A stretch of 25,646 bases of DNA from Blastocatellia bacterium (GTDB lineage Bacteria; Acidobacteriota; Blastocatellia; Chloracidobacteriales; JADJPF01). The translations under genes were made by a program, and so were the position numbers. Each line of letters begins with the position of its first letter. The first letter of the stretch is position 1. Where the stretch lies: NCBI GenBank assembly GCA_016789295.1, contig JAEUQL010000002.1, forward strand, positions 1 through 25,646. The letters are read 5' to 3'. Shown here in pieces: positions 25,312-25,646 of this stretch. The notes beneath the pieces are model-generated. The model saw only the letters and a program-made list of their open reading frames with translations, did no database searches and was not told where the DNA came from.

Positions 25312-25646
25312 ATGAAAAAAATCTTTTCTAGTGCAATTTTAATTTTCCTGACAATGCTTTTTTCAACTGTTGCTTTTGGACAAGATCCTAGCAAGTCTAT
25401 ACATATAGAAGCTCTGATCTCTGTCGATAAAGTACAACAAGGAAGTAGTTTTATGATGGCTGTTGTTATGGATATCGAACCACCTTTTCACATCAACTCA
25501 AGCAGCCCTCTCGACGAAAGCTTTATCCCAACCAAGATAGAATTTCTAGAGACAGAAGGCGTAGTTTTTGGAGAGCCTATCTATCCAAAAGGTGAAAATC
25601 AGAAACTGAGTTTTTCTGAAGATCCAATCTCTGTCTACAGTGGCTA
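25312..25646 (+). CDS. Exported protein with a DsbD N-terminal (Ig-like) type domain, 5' part only; runs off window edge
   Basis: Translated by hand from ATG 25312 (GGAG SD): MKKIFSSAILIFLTMLFSTVAFG|QDP...AVVMDIEPPFHINSSSPLDESFIPTKIEF...GVVFGEPIYPKG...FSEDPISVYSG. Signal peptide plus the HIN...P...IPT...YP.G...VY.G pattern of DsbD-N-like domains. Confidence 0.7.
   Translation, partial: MKKIFSSAILIFLTMLFSTVAFGQDPSKSIHIEALISVDKVQQGSSFMMAVVMDIEPPFHINSSSPLDESFIPTKIEFLETEGVVFGEPIYPKGENQKLSFSEDPISVYSG

Noticed and set aside
1-25646. CRISPR array, tRNA/rRNA, transposase or integrase
   Set aside because: No regularly spaced repeats, cloverleaf or rRNA-like sequence, or DDE/tyrosine-recombinase motifs were seen; intergenic space is under 400 nt everywhere.

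Overview
A 25.6-kb bacterial chromosomal window of about 40-45% GC. An Oar-type TonB-dependent receptor, an N-terminal CxxC...CxxDG Hanks kinase and bshB1 suggest Acidobacteriota (inference, not verified). All complete genes are on the minus strand. In transcription order: bshB1, a CUT2-type ABC ATPase with no adjacent partners, a TonB-dependent receptor with terminator, a PpiD/SurA-like chaperone, a higher-GC SAM methyltransferase bracketed by an 11-bp perfect inverted repeat, hisF, hisIE, trpE, a 1405-aa Ser/Thr kinase-degenerate GGDEF-STAND ATPase-TPR protein, a secreted cyclophilin, trpG-D-C-F-B-A, chorismate mutase, a PRK07208-like FAD oxidoreductase, a small methyltransferase and a TMTC-like GT-C glycosyltransferase (runs off the left edge). 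A divergent DsbD-N-like gene runs off the right edge. The most unusual items are (i) the kinase/GGDEF*/STAND/TPR plus cyclophilin pair splitting trpE from trpG in an operon with no visible attenuator, (ii) the inverted-repeat-bounded, cassette-like methyltransferase, and (iii) a 12-aa leader ORF with a hairpin-sequestered Shine-Dalgarno upstream of bshB1. No rRNA, tRNA, CRISPR array or transposase/integrase gene was seen.
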